Shown here: one piece after another, positions 39,242 through 51,697 of the stretch
How the letters are laid out: the number at the start of each line of letters is the position of its first letter
Numbering within the stretch: position 1 is the first letter of the stretch
Assembly: GCA_030390025.1 (NCBI GenBank)
Contig: CM059432.1
Coordinates: 83,950,001-84,014,000 of the forward strand
DNA from: Squalus acanthias
Lineage: Eukaryota
Length of the DNA stretch: 64,000 bases
Reading direction: 5' to 3'
The notes under the pieces: model-generated
What the model saw: only the letters and a program-made list of their open reading frames with translations
What the model was told of the DNA's origin: nothing
The model's database searches: none
Position numbers and translations under genes: made by a program

Positions 39242-40485
39242 TACTATTTTCTTAAACAGGAATAAAGAAAATTGAATCACAGCATATCACCTAAAATGGA
39301 AAGCTGGATGGAACCAAAAATATGTTGCATTACCAATACAGCTGAAGCCAGTTAAGACTGTCAAAGACGTGCCTTTTCTCAGACACCAATTGATCTCTAA
39401 TACAATGGCTTTACCAGGTTTATAGAAAAGGGAGTGGAAACTCTTTCTTTTCAAATGGCAATAGGCAAGCCATACGACAGATACTGAGCTGTCATCAGTG
39501 AGTTATGTTTTCCTACCTTCCTTTTCTGACATAGCCGCAAGTTTATGACCCACTCTCTGGCAATGCAAACTTTTACTACGAGTACTTTGTTAATTTTTTT
39601 TACATTTGTCAATCTTAATGGAAAACAATAATAGGCACTGTAAACCATCTCATTCCAAATGGAAGTAGCAAGCAGCATTTTTTTAAATGAAAATATTGTG
39701 CAGATTTTAATCAAATTGTGTACTGCAACAAAGCTGTGTAAATGCATGTGAATCATATTGGTGGTTTTTATTTAATAAGAATAATCTTATAAACAGAACA
39801 ATTACACCTCGTCTCTATTGGAATTGTTCTTTTGACAATAAAACACCAAAATAAACTGGTGACATAAAGGTAGTTAACACAGATCAAAAGTGCTTCAGAT
39901 GCATTCCTGCAAGTCACGTCATGCTTTCTTTATTATTAGTCTGCTGACCTGAAGCACATAAAAGGCCCTGATAATAATTTGTAAATAGCATTGTGAATAA
40001 CTTATTCCTAATTGGAACTTCTGAAAGCAGTTGTTTTAGCCATAGGCTGGGTTTGACTGCTACACAAAAACTAAAATGTACTTAAATAAAATGTAAAAGC
40101 ATAACTCTTAGTTTTGTAAATGTATTATTAATCTGCATAATCTTTTGACTTTGGCTGCATTACTGGAGCACAAAACAGAACCAATTGTCACAAATCCTAA
40201 CAGAGTTCAATAATGTTATTTTACAAAGGTATAATATAACTCTAGCATACATGCGTAAACAAAGGCATACAGCATAAACATCTTCATAGTGCACATAGTC
40301 AACGTAATTTCTTGGCAAAAAATTATAATTTTACATCACTTTTCACAAAAATAAAAATAATGCGAGCCTACATAAATATAAAGCAGAATGCAGCCAGCCT
40401 AAAACCACACCTAAAGGGCACTTCAGAGGACATACCACACAACATAAATCAAATTTTGTGATTTTTGTACCAGAGCCACACAAAC

Positions 40486-40551
40486 CTGCAGTGGTCTGTG
40501 TACTAGAACCTAGCAACCAGTCTGCTGTGCTGAGCATAGTCATGTTGTCAC
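40486..40551 (-). CDS. EYA1: EYA1 66-nt symmetric cassette exon: (G)DNMTMLSTADWLLGSSTQTTA
   Basis: tccctttag|GTGAC...GCAG|gtttgt, phase 1-1, no stop; resembles EYA4 [22 protein letters not shown] at the equivalent position. Confidence 0.88.
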
Positions 40552-40611
40552 CTAAAGGGAAATTGTAAACAAGAAGTTTAAACAATGAACTGACGTCAGG
40601 AGTAAAAAAAA

Positions 40612-41027
40612 ATTGGTGGGCAGGAGATATGTGCTATAGGATAGGACAGCTTGCCACGATAATGTTTCCTGTCTTGAGGTGAATTCTTTGAAGCCATGAA
40701 CCCAGATGAGAAATAGCAAACATGCTTTGTAGCTAAATAGAAATATCAAATCAAAGCTAGGATTCAAAATCAAGACTCTGTAACTGAGACTTCAGTGTTT
40801 TACCACTGAAGTAATCAGGTCTTCTTTAAATCAATACTAGAGAGTTTTATCCACAAAATAAAATTAGATTCACAAGGGAAAAAGTGCAAAAGAAGATGGT
40901 TGTAAATGTAACATTTATTAGAGGGAGCTCTCTCTGTTTCAGAAGTATAGTCTTGCGATTCCCTCATGTACAAGAGAATTATGAAGCATCAGATGAACAG
41001 TTCTATAGCTCATGAGGGAGTTCAAGG
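40612..41027. repeat. Left arm of ~415-bp inverted repeat
   Basis: Reverse complement aligns colinearly with 46048-46459. Confidence 0.93.
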
Positions 41028-41032
41028 ACTAA

Positions 41033-42597
41033 GGCCGCGAATTTAATGGAGGATGGTGGTGGGAGAGCTGGTTTCCGGGTTCCGGTCCCGCTCCAAGCTG
41101 CAGCCGCTCTGTAGACGTGATTTTCCCTTGATTGGGCTTGTTAAGCCCACCCTGCGGGCTTCCCGGCCAATTAACAGGAAGCGGGTCTGATGACGTCATT
41201 TAATGACGCGTCATCAGCCGGTTTCCTTAAAGGGACCACGTCCACTTGGAGTTTGACAGTTGTGCTGTCAGTGTTTGACAGCATTGAGGTGCTGCAAACA
41301 CTGACAAGCACTGCACAAAGGTGAACGCTTGCACCCAGGCTCTCCAATAACTCCCTCCATATGCTTATGGAGGGAGTCACAGCACCCTTCCAAGGGTGGA
41401 AGAGACCTTCCCAGGACACCAACGCAGCCTGGTTGCACATTGCACAGGAAGGCAAAAGCAGGGATGTCCTCAGGGGTCCCTGGCTGCAGTGGCACCAACC
41501 TTACAATGATCTCAGTAGATCATGAAACGTTACTGCAATGCCACACTCAAACTCACCCAGCTGTGCCACTCAGCACATCCCCATCACTCTGCCTTCCATA
41601 CCCTTCTCCTGCACATCCTTACTCACACCAACTTACCTTGCAACTCCACCTAACTCTCTCTATGTACTTTATCACTTCCCCATCTCACTAGCCACCCCTC
41701 ACACTCGCCCTCATCCTACTGCAAGCATAACAACTAATAACACACAAGGGTAGGCACTTGAGAGGTTTAGCCAATGTCCATGTGAAGTTTCTGGAAATGT
41801 GTTGTCATACAGTGAAATCTGTTTTTCCAAAAGTGCTCCTTATTGAACAGATCCTGAGTGCACCTTGAGAAGTGTCTTACTGAGTTCCAGTGATTGTTCA
41901 GACATAATTTTCCCCGCCAACCCCCCCCCCAACCCCCCACCTCGCCCGCCTCCCCCCCCCCCCCCCCGCCCCGCTATAGTGATGTGTGTGCATGGAATGG
42001 CTTGGACATTAAAGGGATGCTCCTCGGTGCTGGTATGGGATGGTGTCAACCTGGCGCATCATGTGGCAGCCAGGGTTTACAGCGTCAAGTGAAGAAAATC
42101 TGGCCATGGTGATGCCATCGCTGGCCTCCTGGGCAGCAATGTTGTCAGGGGCTGATGCCCTGTGTCCTGTGCAGCATCAGGTGATGGCGGAGAAGGTTGG
42201 TGATGTTGTCAGTGATGTTGGTGTGCCTGGTGTTGGGGCTGAACATGGAAGGATTCAGAGGACCAAGGTCTGATTTTTTCAAGGGCACCGATGTTGCTGC
42301 AATAGATGGCAGCTGCAGGTGAGATGACAGAAGCAATCTGTCAATGGTGAGAGAGGTTCTCCCAATGAGGTGGCACTGGACATACAGTTGGATCTAAAAG
42401 CTTGTAAGCTAAAGAAATCTCTATATGTATTAAAAATGCAGTAGCCAACATTTTCTGCGCTCTGAAGCTCACCATCTGCAACATGGCATCCTTGACACCA
42501 CTTCTGCAGCTGTTAGCTTTTCAGAAACATCACAGCAGACTCAAAACATGCCAGGTTGAGCTGGCATGTTCCCCGAACAGCGGGTAACCCATGGGGG
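41033..42597. mobile_element. Deleted Harbinger D, right end lost
   Basis: TAA|GGCCGCGAATTT start; Myb/SANT remnant APRLS..L.ML..AWLHIAQE..W.QW..NDL on +. Confidence 0.65.
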
Positions 42598-45500
42598 AGA
42601 ACATTATGATTAGGCAGAGTTAACATGGTTTTATGAAAGGGAAATCATGTTTAACAAATTTATTAGAGTTTTTCGAGGACGTAACTTGCAGGGTAGATTA
42701 AAGAGGAACCAGTGGATGTAATATATTTGAATTTCCAAAAGGCATTCAATAAGGTGCCACATAAAAAGTTGCTATGCAAGATAAGGGCTCATGGGGTTGG
42801 GGTAATATATTAGCATAGATAGAGGATTGGTTAACGGACAGAAAACAGAGAGTAGGGATAAATGGGTCACTTTCCAGTTGGCAGGCTGTAACTAGTGGGG
42901 TGCCGCAAGGATCATTGCTTGGGCCTCAGCTATTTACAATCTATATTAATGACTTAGATGAAGGGACTGAGTGCAATGTATCCAAGTTTGTTGACGATAC
43001 AAAACTAGGTGGGAAAGTAAGCTGTGAGGAGGACACAAAGAGCCTGCAAAGGGATATAGACAGGCTAAGTGAGTGGGCAATAAGGTGGCAGATGGAGTAT
43101 AATGTGGGGAATTGTGAGGTTATTCACTTTGGTAGGAAGAATAGAAAAACAGAGTATTTTTTAAGTGGTGAATTCTTCAAGGGAGAACCAGACCAAATAC
43201 AATAAGTTTCGAGGGGAAGTGAAGTTGAAAATAAGATTGGCAAAGAGAGAATATGAGAGTAGAATGGCGGTTAACATAAAAGGGAACCCAAAAATCTTCT
43301 ACCGGCATGTAAACAGTAAGCGGGTAGTAAGAGGCAGGGTGGGGCCTATTAGGGACAAAGAAGGTGATATATGCTTAGAGGCACAGGGCAAGGCTAGAAT
43401 ACTCAATGAGTACTTTGTATCGGTGTTTACTAAGGAGATGGATGCTGACAAAATATCAGTAGAAGTGGAAAAGGTAGAAGCAATGGAAGGGGTGAAAATT
43501 GATAGACAGGATGTACTAGAAAGGCTGGGTATGCTTAGAGTGGATAAGTCGCCTGGTCCAGATGGCTTGCATCCCAGGTTGCTAAGGGAATTGGGGGAGG
43601 AGATAGCGGAAGGGCTTGCCATTATTTTCCAATCTTCCCTAGATGTGGGGGAGGTGCCTGAGGATTGGAAAGTGGCAAATGTGACACCATTGTTCAAGAA
43701 AGGGTGTAAGGACCATCCTAGTAACTACAGGCCGGTCAGTTTAACATCAGTGGTAGGTAAAGTTTTAGAAACAATAATCAAGGAAAAAAGTAACGGGCAC
43801 TTGGAGAAGTTTAAGCTAATTAAGGAGAGCCAACACGGATTTGTAAAAGACAGATCATGTTTGACTATTCTAATTGAATTTTTTGATGAAGTAACAGGGA
43901 GGATTGATGAAGGAAATGCAATGGATGTTGTCTACATGGATTTTCGGAAGGCGTTTGACAAAGTACCACATAGAAGGCTGGTTAACAAAATTGAGGCTCA
44001 CGGAATAGGTGGGTCAGTGGCAGCTTGGATATGGAATTGGCTTAAGGACAGAAAACAATGAGTTGTGGTAAATGGCTGTTTTTCAGACTGGAGGATGGTA
44101 GACAGTCGTGTTCCCCAAGGGTCAGTGCTGGGGCCACTGCTTTTTTTGATATATATAAATGACCTGGATATTGGAATACAGAGTAGAATTTCTAAATTTG
44201 CTGATGACACCAAACTTGGGGGTGCGGCAAACAGTGAGGATGATACCAATCGACGGCAACAGGACATAGAAAGGCTAGCAGAATGGGCAGACAAGTTACA
44301 GATGGAATTTAACACAGAGAAGTCTGAGGTGATGCATTTTGGCAGAAGGAACAGGGAGAGGCAATATACACTTAATGGCACAGTTTTAAAGACTGTGCAG
44401 GGACAGAGGGACCTGGGAGTTAATGCGCATAGGTCCCTGAAGGTGGCGGGACATATTGAGAGAGTGGTTAGCAAAGCATATGGGATCTTGGGCTTCATAA
44501 ATAGAGGTATTGAGTACAAAAGTAGAGAAGTTATGCTGAACCTTTATACAGTGCTGGTTAGGCCACAATTGGAGTATTGCGTCCAGTTCTAGTCACCACA
44601 CTTTAGGAAGGATGTGAAGTCACTTGAGAGGGTGCAGAGGAGATTTACCAGAATGGTTCTGGGGATGGGGGATCTTAGCTACAAGGACAGCTTGGAGAAG
44701 CTGGATTTGTTTTCATTAGAGCAAAGGAGGTTGCTGGGTGATTTGATAGAGCTGTACAAGATTATGACAGGTTTGGATAGGCTAGACGGGGAAAGGCTGT
44801 TCCCACTAGTTCATGGTACAAGGACTACGGGACACAGATTTAAGGTTTTGGGCAAGAGATACAGGGGGGATGTGAGGAAAAACTTTTTAATGCAGCGAGT
44901 GGTGAGGACCTGGAACTCGCTGCCGACGGAAGTGGTGGAAGCGGACACACTCAATGTTTTCAAGGGGAGACTGGATAGGCACTTGAGGGAAATAAACTTG
45001 CAGGGCTACGGGGATAGAACGGGGGAGAGGGACTGACTGGATTGCTCTACAGAGAGCCGGCATGGACTCGATGGGCCGAATGGCCTCCTTCTGTGCCGTT
45101 ATAACTCTATGACTCTATGGTGAGAAACTATTAAATGTTGGTGTTCAGAGAGATTTAGGTATCCTCAAACAGGAAACACAGAAAGTTAGCATGCAGGTAC
45201 GGCAAGCAATTAGGAAGGCAAATTGCATGTTGGCCTTTATTGCAAGAGGGTTGGAGTACAAGAGTAAGGAAGTCTTACTACAATTGAGACCACACCTGGG
45301 GTACTGTGCACAGTTTTGGTCTCCTTATCTGAGGAAGGACATACTTGTCTTAGAGGCGGTGCAACGAAGGTTCACTAGATTGATCCCTGGGATGAGAGGG
45401 TTGTCCTATGAGGAGAGATTGAGTAGATTGTGTCTATACTCTCTGGAGTTTAGAAGAATGAGAGGTGATCTCATTGAAACATATAAGATTCTGAGGGGGT

Positions 45501-45853
45501 TTGACAGGATAGATGCTGATAGATTGATTCTCCCAGCTGGCGAGTCCAGAACTAGGGGGCATAGTCTCAGGATAAGGGGTCTGCCATTAAGACTGAGATG
45601 AGGAGGAATTTCTTCACTCAGAGGGTTGTGAATCTTTGGAATTCTCCACTCCAAAGGGCTGTGGATGCTGAGTCATTGAGCATATTCAAGGCTGAGATAG
45701 ATAGATTTTTGGACTCTAGGTCAATCAAGGGATATGGAGATCGGGCGAGAAAGTGGAGTTGAGGTCAAAGATCAGCCATGATATTATTGAATGGCAGAGC
45801 AGGCTCGAAGGGCCATATGGCCTTCTCCTGCTCCTAATTCTTATGTTCTTATG
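42598..45853 (+). mobile_element. Outer CR1 (42598-43171 and 45118-45853)
   Basis: QHGFMKGKSCLTNL-like, GVPQGSLLGP; resumes at GEKLLNV..QRDLG after the inner element. Confidence 0.9.
43172..45117 (+). mobile_element. Inner, younger CR1 with near-intact RT domain
   Basis: ORFs 43165, 44065 and 44614 share one frame with two internal stops; FADD motif; TGGTGA duplicated at both ends. Confidence 0.93.
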
Positions 45854-46047
45854 AGATACAGGTTTGTAATAGCTAAGAACCACGTACAACATGCTCAAAC
45901 AGAACAGGTAACCTTCTATTAAAGTGGCATCACATTTTGTTACTTGACAGACACTCATTAACTTAACTCAGGGCTAAATTAAATGAGGTGCACTACAAAA
46001 AATAAAAACTTTATAATGTTTGTTACAATGAAGAAACTATTATGAGA

Positions 46048-46459
46048 GCTTAAACTCCCTCATGAGCTATTGAACTGTTCAGCTAATGCTTCATAATTCT
46101 ATTGTACATGAGGGAATCTCAAGATTACACTTCTGAAACAGAGAGAGCTCCCTCTAACAAATGTTACAGTTACAGCCATCAATTTTTTTTTACTGTGAAT
46201 CTAATTTTATTTCCTGGATAAACCTCTCCAGTATTGATTTAATGGACACCTGGTAACTTCAGTGGTAAAACACTGAATTCTCATTTACAGGGCCACAATT
46301 TTGAATCCTAGCCTTGATTGATATTTCTATTCAGCTGCAAAGCCGAGTTTGCTGTTTCTCATCTGGGTTCATAGCTTCAAAGGATACCATCTCAGGACAT
46401 GAAAAATTAGCAGGAGCAATCTATCTTATCCTATAACACACATCTCCTGCCTACCAATA
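46048..46459. repeat. Right arm of ~415-bp inverted repeat
   Basis: For example CTTCTGAAACAGAGAGAGCTCCCTCTAA is the reverse complement of TTAGAGGGAGCTCTCTCTGTTTCAGAAG at ~40918-40945. Confidence 0.93.
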
Positions 46460-46931
46460 TACAGTGACACCAACAACAGGTATAAAAAAGTTTGCAACCT
46501 TGACCCTGCAACCTTTCTTGCTGAAAGAGGGTGGTATTGAGACAGAAAATAAAATGAAAAATGATAAAATGGGGAGTTTATGAATTTGTTAAACTGAGTT
46601 TCTTGTATTTTGTTGAAGAAGAGCGAATTAAAACAGCAACCTTTTAACTCTGAAGAACTTTAGTTCAAGAAATGAAATAATCCAAGAAAGGTATATGGAA
46701 GGAGTGATCTGAATTGGCCTAATGGCCTTTTCTCATTCTATGCTTTATATATTCTCATGGAGGTGTAAGAATATTTTCTCAATGTTGTTCATCAGTAATA
46801 CAATGTTTTAAACTGAGCAAAGTTTACAGAGCTTTCCACTTGGTTCATGTCATAAAATCAAGTACAACTTACATTCAATGCAATATCCATTATATATTAA
46901 AAATTATGTTGTATAATCTTATATATGCAAT

Positions 46932-47156
46932 AGGGTAAAATTTACAAATATGTGTTCTTGTGTAGAGCCTCACCCAGCAAGAGTGTGCATCAGGAAATCA
47001 TGAGTGCATACCTCAAATTTTATGAATGCGCACGCTAGACACAGAGCGTTGCTCACTGGGAGTGCATATCGCAAAATCATGGGTATATTACCCCTGGTGT
47101 GCCTGCAATGTCTCGATATACACTCCCAGTGGGTGAAACACACATAAAATTTACCT
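46932..47156. mobile_element. MITE-like element
   Basis: Termini AGGGTAAAATTTA..ATGTG / CACATAAAATTTACCT. Confidence 0.5.
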
Positions 47157-47471
47157 TAACATTCTATATAATAATTAACATTTGATATTTTTAACCTTTT
47201 GTTTCTCCCCTTCTTCCCTCCCCTCTTCTCTTCTGAAGTTGTAGACTCATTGTTGGGATATAGTTCCAGGGTTACCATTCGCTCTCCAGTACATTGCCCA
47301 GGTGACCATTTTTCATGTGTTAGCCTAGACATAAGTGTTGCTAGGCTATTGCACCATAGGAACACCAGAACAGGGCCCTGAGCCTGTCCCATCAATATCC
47401 ACACATGTGCACTTATAGCAGGCGTCACTGGATAAAATTTCTAATTTCCAACATTTGTGCTGTAAACATAT

Positions 47472-47658
47472 GGGGGTAATTTTTCATCTTCACACCATGG
47501 ACGATAATCTGGCAGAGTGCATTGCCTAACTATTATAGAACCTGTCTGATTTTCATTCCATTGAAAGCATGGAATGAAAACCGAGTGGATTCTATAATGG
47601 GAAGGTGATCCACTCTGCTGGATTGCTACCCATGTGGTGAACATGAAAATTCAAACCA
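47472..47658. mobile_element. Foldback MITE, family of 15464-15648
   Basis: AATTTTTCATCTTCAC / GTGAACATGAAAATT; TTATAGAA / TTCTATAA. Confidence 0.65.
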
Positions 47659-47790
47659 TGATGTTGCCTAATGTATTCAATCAGTTCCATTACAAGTACC
47701 GTTAGGTCCTGGTTAAAAAGGACTCATCTAGTACAGGCCAAGTAGACTGAGTATTCTCATACAAAAGCTGTTCATCTCTAACAACATCTA

Positions 47791-47927
47791 GTTCTGATGA
47801 AAGGTCATCCACCTTAAATGTTAACGCTGTTTCTCTCTCTGCAGATGCTGCCTGACTTGTTGAGTGTTTCTAGCATTTTCTGTTTTTATTTCAGATTTCC
47901 AGCATCCACAGTATTTGGCTTTTGTTT
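47791..47927 (+). mobile_element. Penelope-like terminal fragment with degenerate hammerhead motif
   Basis: CTGATGA-AAGGT-catcc-ACCTT-AAATGTTAAC followed by the same sequence as 11115-11215. Confidence 0.65.
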
Positions 47928-49798
47928 GAGTATCCAAACTGTTGTGTAACTTTACTTTTATCAACAGGTGCCAAGTCCATACCTATATAACCTGCTGTGG
48001 TGACCACAGAGAAATTTTGCAAGGCTCCATTATCAGCATGGAGTCTTGCTCAACAGGAGCGTGGATCCGAGATTGGGGCAAGAATGTCTGTACACCTGAT
48101 TCACAGAAAATTAAGAGTATTGGACATTGGTGTGCTAATCTCTGCACCCATTTCTCTGATCCATGCTGTCGTCAGGCAAAACTCTGCTCTGCGAGTTGGA
48201 CCTCAAGATTTATCCTCACATGTTATCAAACTAGCAGGGTGAAGCTGCATAATGATGGTGACAGCACAAACCATCCTAAAAGTTTACCATAGCTCTAGGT
48301 GTTCTGTTGATACAATTATATAGGGAAGCAGAAGCACATCTTTCTTGTAACAACCGTGGCGGAAGATTTCCTCTGTGCACTCGGTGGCATGAGATCATAA
48401 ACTTGATCTTTTTTCTTCACTTAACATTTTGCTACACTAAGCATACAGAGGAGATCTTCTCCTTAATAGTTTTCTGACAGTTTGAACACAAGAACTTTAG
48501 GTTGGGTAACAAATTCCTTAATCTTCTCGCCAGCACCCTAATCTCCTTAGGCCATGCTACACCTATGGCCAAGAGAGCAGGTGTGCAATCTGCCCGCAGG
48601 CTTTAACCAGTGCCACTCTAGCTGGCTGCTAGGATGTGTGTGACAGTGGCCAGGGATGATCTGCTACAGGTTCTGCTCAGCACCTCACCACAGCAGTATC
48701 ATTGATTTTGGAAAATCAGTTCTGCGTGGAATTGATTCTGCATCCTCCTACTAGTGAAGCATGGCACATTTGTACTGCATGACCATCTCGTGAAAATGAT
48801 GTGCTATCATTAGAGCAGAAAGACTACTTAAAATAGGTTGTTACTGCAAGCAAAAGATTTATCAAGATGCTTGTGGTTTTAACACTAGATGTTATTGTGA
48901 ACAGCTGACTTTTCAGAGTTCTTCTACAAGGAAGATGCAGAACAGCAATAGGATTAGCATGTTTACTCATTTCTAACGAATAAATTAAAGAATTGAAACT
49001 TCCTTAAAGGATGCAATGTGCCGTTATACAAAAGTTGCACAATACATTTTAGAGCAATTATATTGTAACCCTTAAAAATGAAAATTAAAAGTAACACTGT
49101 AACACACTTGGAACAGTTGGGAGTTTTGTTTGATGTAGGCATGACACATTCTATTTTCCCATCAATTAAACAGTAGTTTTTTCTTGCTAGCCTAAATGAT
49201 TGTTTTGCCAACATCTCCCAACTTTATCTTACCATCTCTGAGAATATTGCCAAATTATTTTGTTATTTATGGCTGCGTAAATAGAATACATATTTCAAAA
49301 CAATAACTATTTTTGTGTCAAGACTATTCCTGCTGGATGTGTTGAATACTTTCTCACTTAAAGTTTAAAAATTCTTGGCAGGAGGTGTCCAATCAACAAA
49401 GACAAGTAAGAACAATAGCTAAATGTAAAAGAATCAGTTTTGCTTGTGCAGTATTGGATTTTTTCTATTTGTATACACAATAGAATTCTCACTTCCAACC
49501 TCCCTTTTCTAAGTCTCTCTGATAAATCATAACCTCTGGCGCAGTTTTTATCTCCCCACCTAACAGAAGGTCTAGAAATGTATTCCTTTATAGTACGTTT
49601 TTCACCTGGTTTCAAGAGCCTGCTAAAGGGGCATTTGGAAGACAAACAAAAAGCTTTTCAAAAGTCACTTGGAAAAACCGTTGCATATTATATCACATAG
49701 GGGTTGAAAGGAAAACAGTAAATACGTATGACAATGAATGCACAGTACCCAAATTAGTTTCATACCAAAGCACCTAATTAAGAAAATCAAGCACTCAC

Positions 49799-49926
49799 CT
49801 TCTGTGCCATTTGGTGTCATGGAATTATTATTGATACAGGAGTTGTCAAGTTTTGGACCATTGGGAGATTCACTGCTTCCACTTACTCGACTGTGTGGAC
49901 TTGCTAGATCCTGCATTTCCATAGAC
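49799..49926 (-). CDS. EYA1: EYA1 exon with canonical start ATG at 49922: [41 protein letters not shown]
   Basis: Close match to the EYA1 N-terminus; ttgtttgtag|GTCTATG...GAAG|gtgagt; 128 nt, ends in phase 1. Confidence 0.97.
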
Positions 49927-51647
49927 CTACAAACAAGAAATAATCCTTGTTTTCCTATGCAAAATATTACAAATGTATGCATTTAAATTATAAATACCAA
50001 CCAGGATTAAAACATTTTTGAACTGGTTTTGAGAAAAGTGCACTTATTTATTTATCTACTGACTGACTTACATTACTACAAAAATTCAACCTTTATGCAA
50101 TATTTAAACAATACAATTTCGTGAATCTGAAAATGGAATATTATTTTAATTGTAGATTCTGTAATCAAATATATATTATATAATATGCCGCACAATCAAA
50201 ACACTTTACATTTGCTGTTGTAGTTGTGTATCACTGTCAAATCTTTTTTATTAGAAACTATTAGAAATAGAATACAGAAACCCATCTTTCTATGATAGTT
50301 GAACATAAATGCTCTATCCAGGAATCAGGATTTCAGAAATACCACCCAGTGATAGGCAATATTCAAAACTTTTTAAAATCAAAATTGCGATATTGCACAA
50401 ATTGACAAAAATGTCATCACCTGTCTCTTTGTCATGATTAACCTTCTTCATATATCTGAAATATTACAAATTCTCAAAGTTTAATGATTCTGCAATCCTC
50501 TATAGTCATATCATGCTATGTAATTACTTGATGTGATTTTAAAATCTCATGTTACCTATTATTATATAACAATTTTTTTTGGACAAATACTATACATTGG
50601 ACCTACCAGTAAGAAAAAATTCCATAAATTATCTGTAAGTTCAGTTTGAATCAGTCATCTAGCTTTATCTAGCACTGCAAATAACTGGAGAAATATATGC
50701 TCAATTGACAGGGAATGAGGCACTCTTGATATATGTGTTTACTCTGGCAAACTACTTAATTGTTTCTTTGTTTCCTTCCCAGCATGAAATACATTAAAAC
50801 ATTATTATGCTTTCTGATCTGTTTGTTTTTTGGATTATATTAAGCACATCCAATTAAAAAGGGATAAGATTTACACCCATTCAGTTTATAAATGAATTAA
50901 ACTGCTTTAGTAATTTGGAGTACTTCAGTTGCCACTTGATCTCAGAAAACAGAGAGGGCTAAGCAACATTTCTTCTGTCTATTTGATATATGATTGAGTC
51001 CACATTTCACATAAAGCTGAATCAATTGAACAGCTTAGTCGATGAGGTAAGTGCACTGTATGGTTATTTCATTTTGTATCCTTTGTGGAATTGGAAGACT
51101 TGTATCAATAGCTAGACTGCAGTATTAAATGATTAAAACATTATCTTATCTAAAATATCTTTGAAATGTTCATTATTCACTGCGCACTAGTTGACTAGAA
51201 GGCACATTATTTTAAAAATCTATGGATTGCTTCTCACAGTGATACCAAATTACAACTCTATAATATAACAAAAATTATAACGTGTATCACAGGAGACTTT
51301 AGTAATAGTGGAACAATTGCCATTTTTTTTGTGACAATTGCCATTATTGCTATTCTAAGACTCTATCTTGAAATATTTAAAATTTACTTAGATACACTGC
51401 ATGATTGGAACAGAAAAAAAAAACATTAACCGTTCACAAGTGAAATTGTTTTTACATTTTATAGTACTCATAACTCTGGTAATTATTGTGAAATAAGTGT
51501 AAACATTTTTTATTTCTTGTGTATATACTGACAAAGTATGTTCCTGGAATCATTCTCTGTAGTTGTATATTTTTGAACAAAGCTCAGCGCAAGCATAGGC
51601 AATGCCTAATCATAGTGCATACAGTAAAATTTCAACAATGCTCTTAC

Positions 51648-51697
51648 CTGGAACCTGGCAGATCTGAAACATCGGAATCAGGTCGAGTTTTTTTCAC
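51648..51697 (-). CDS. EYA1: EYA1 50-nt exon (UTR or coding depending on isoform): VKKTRPDSDVSDLPGS(R) in one frame, MFQICQVP in another
   Basis: Splice sites gactggcag|GTGAAA...TTCCAG|gtaaga; joins in frame to R-S-MEMQDL of the next exon; resembles EYA4 [24 protein letters not shown]. Confidence 0.85.

Noticed and set aside
40590..40599. Palindromic CRE site CTGACGTCAG
   Set aside because: Single short motif; equally explained as a branch point for the cassette exon or by chance.
13843..51697. Calling the gene EYA4
   Set aside because: Despite two EYA4-like exons, [40 protein letters not shown] and [12 protein letters not shown] are EYA1-type.
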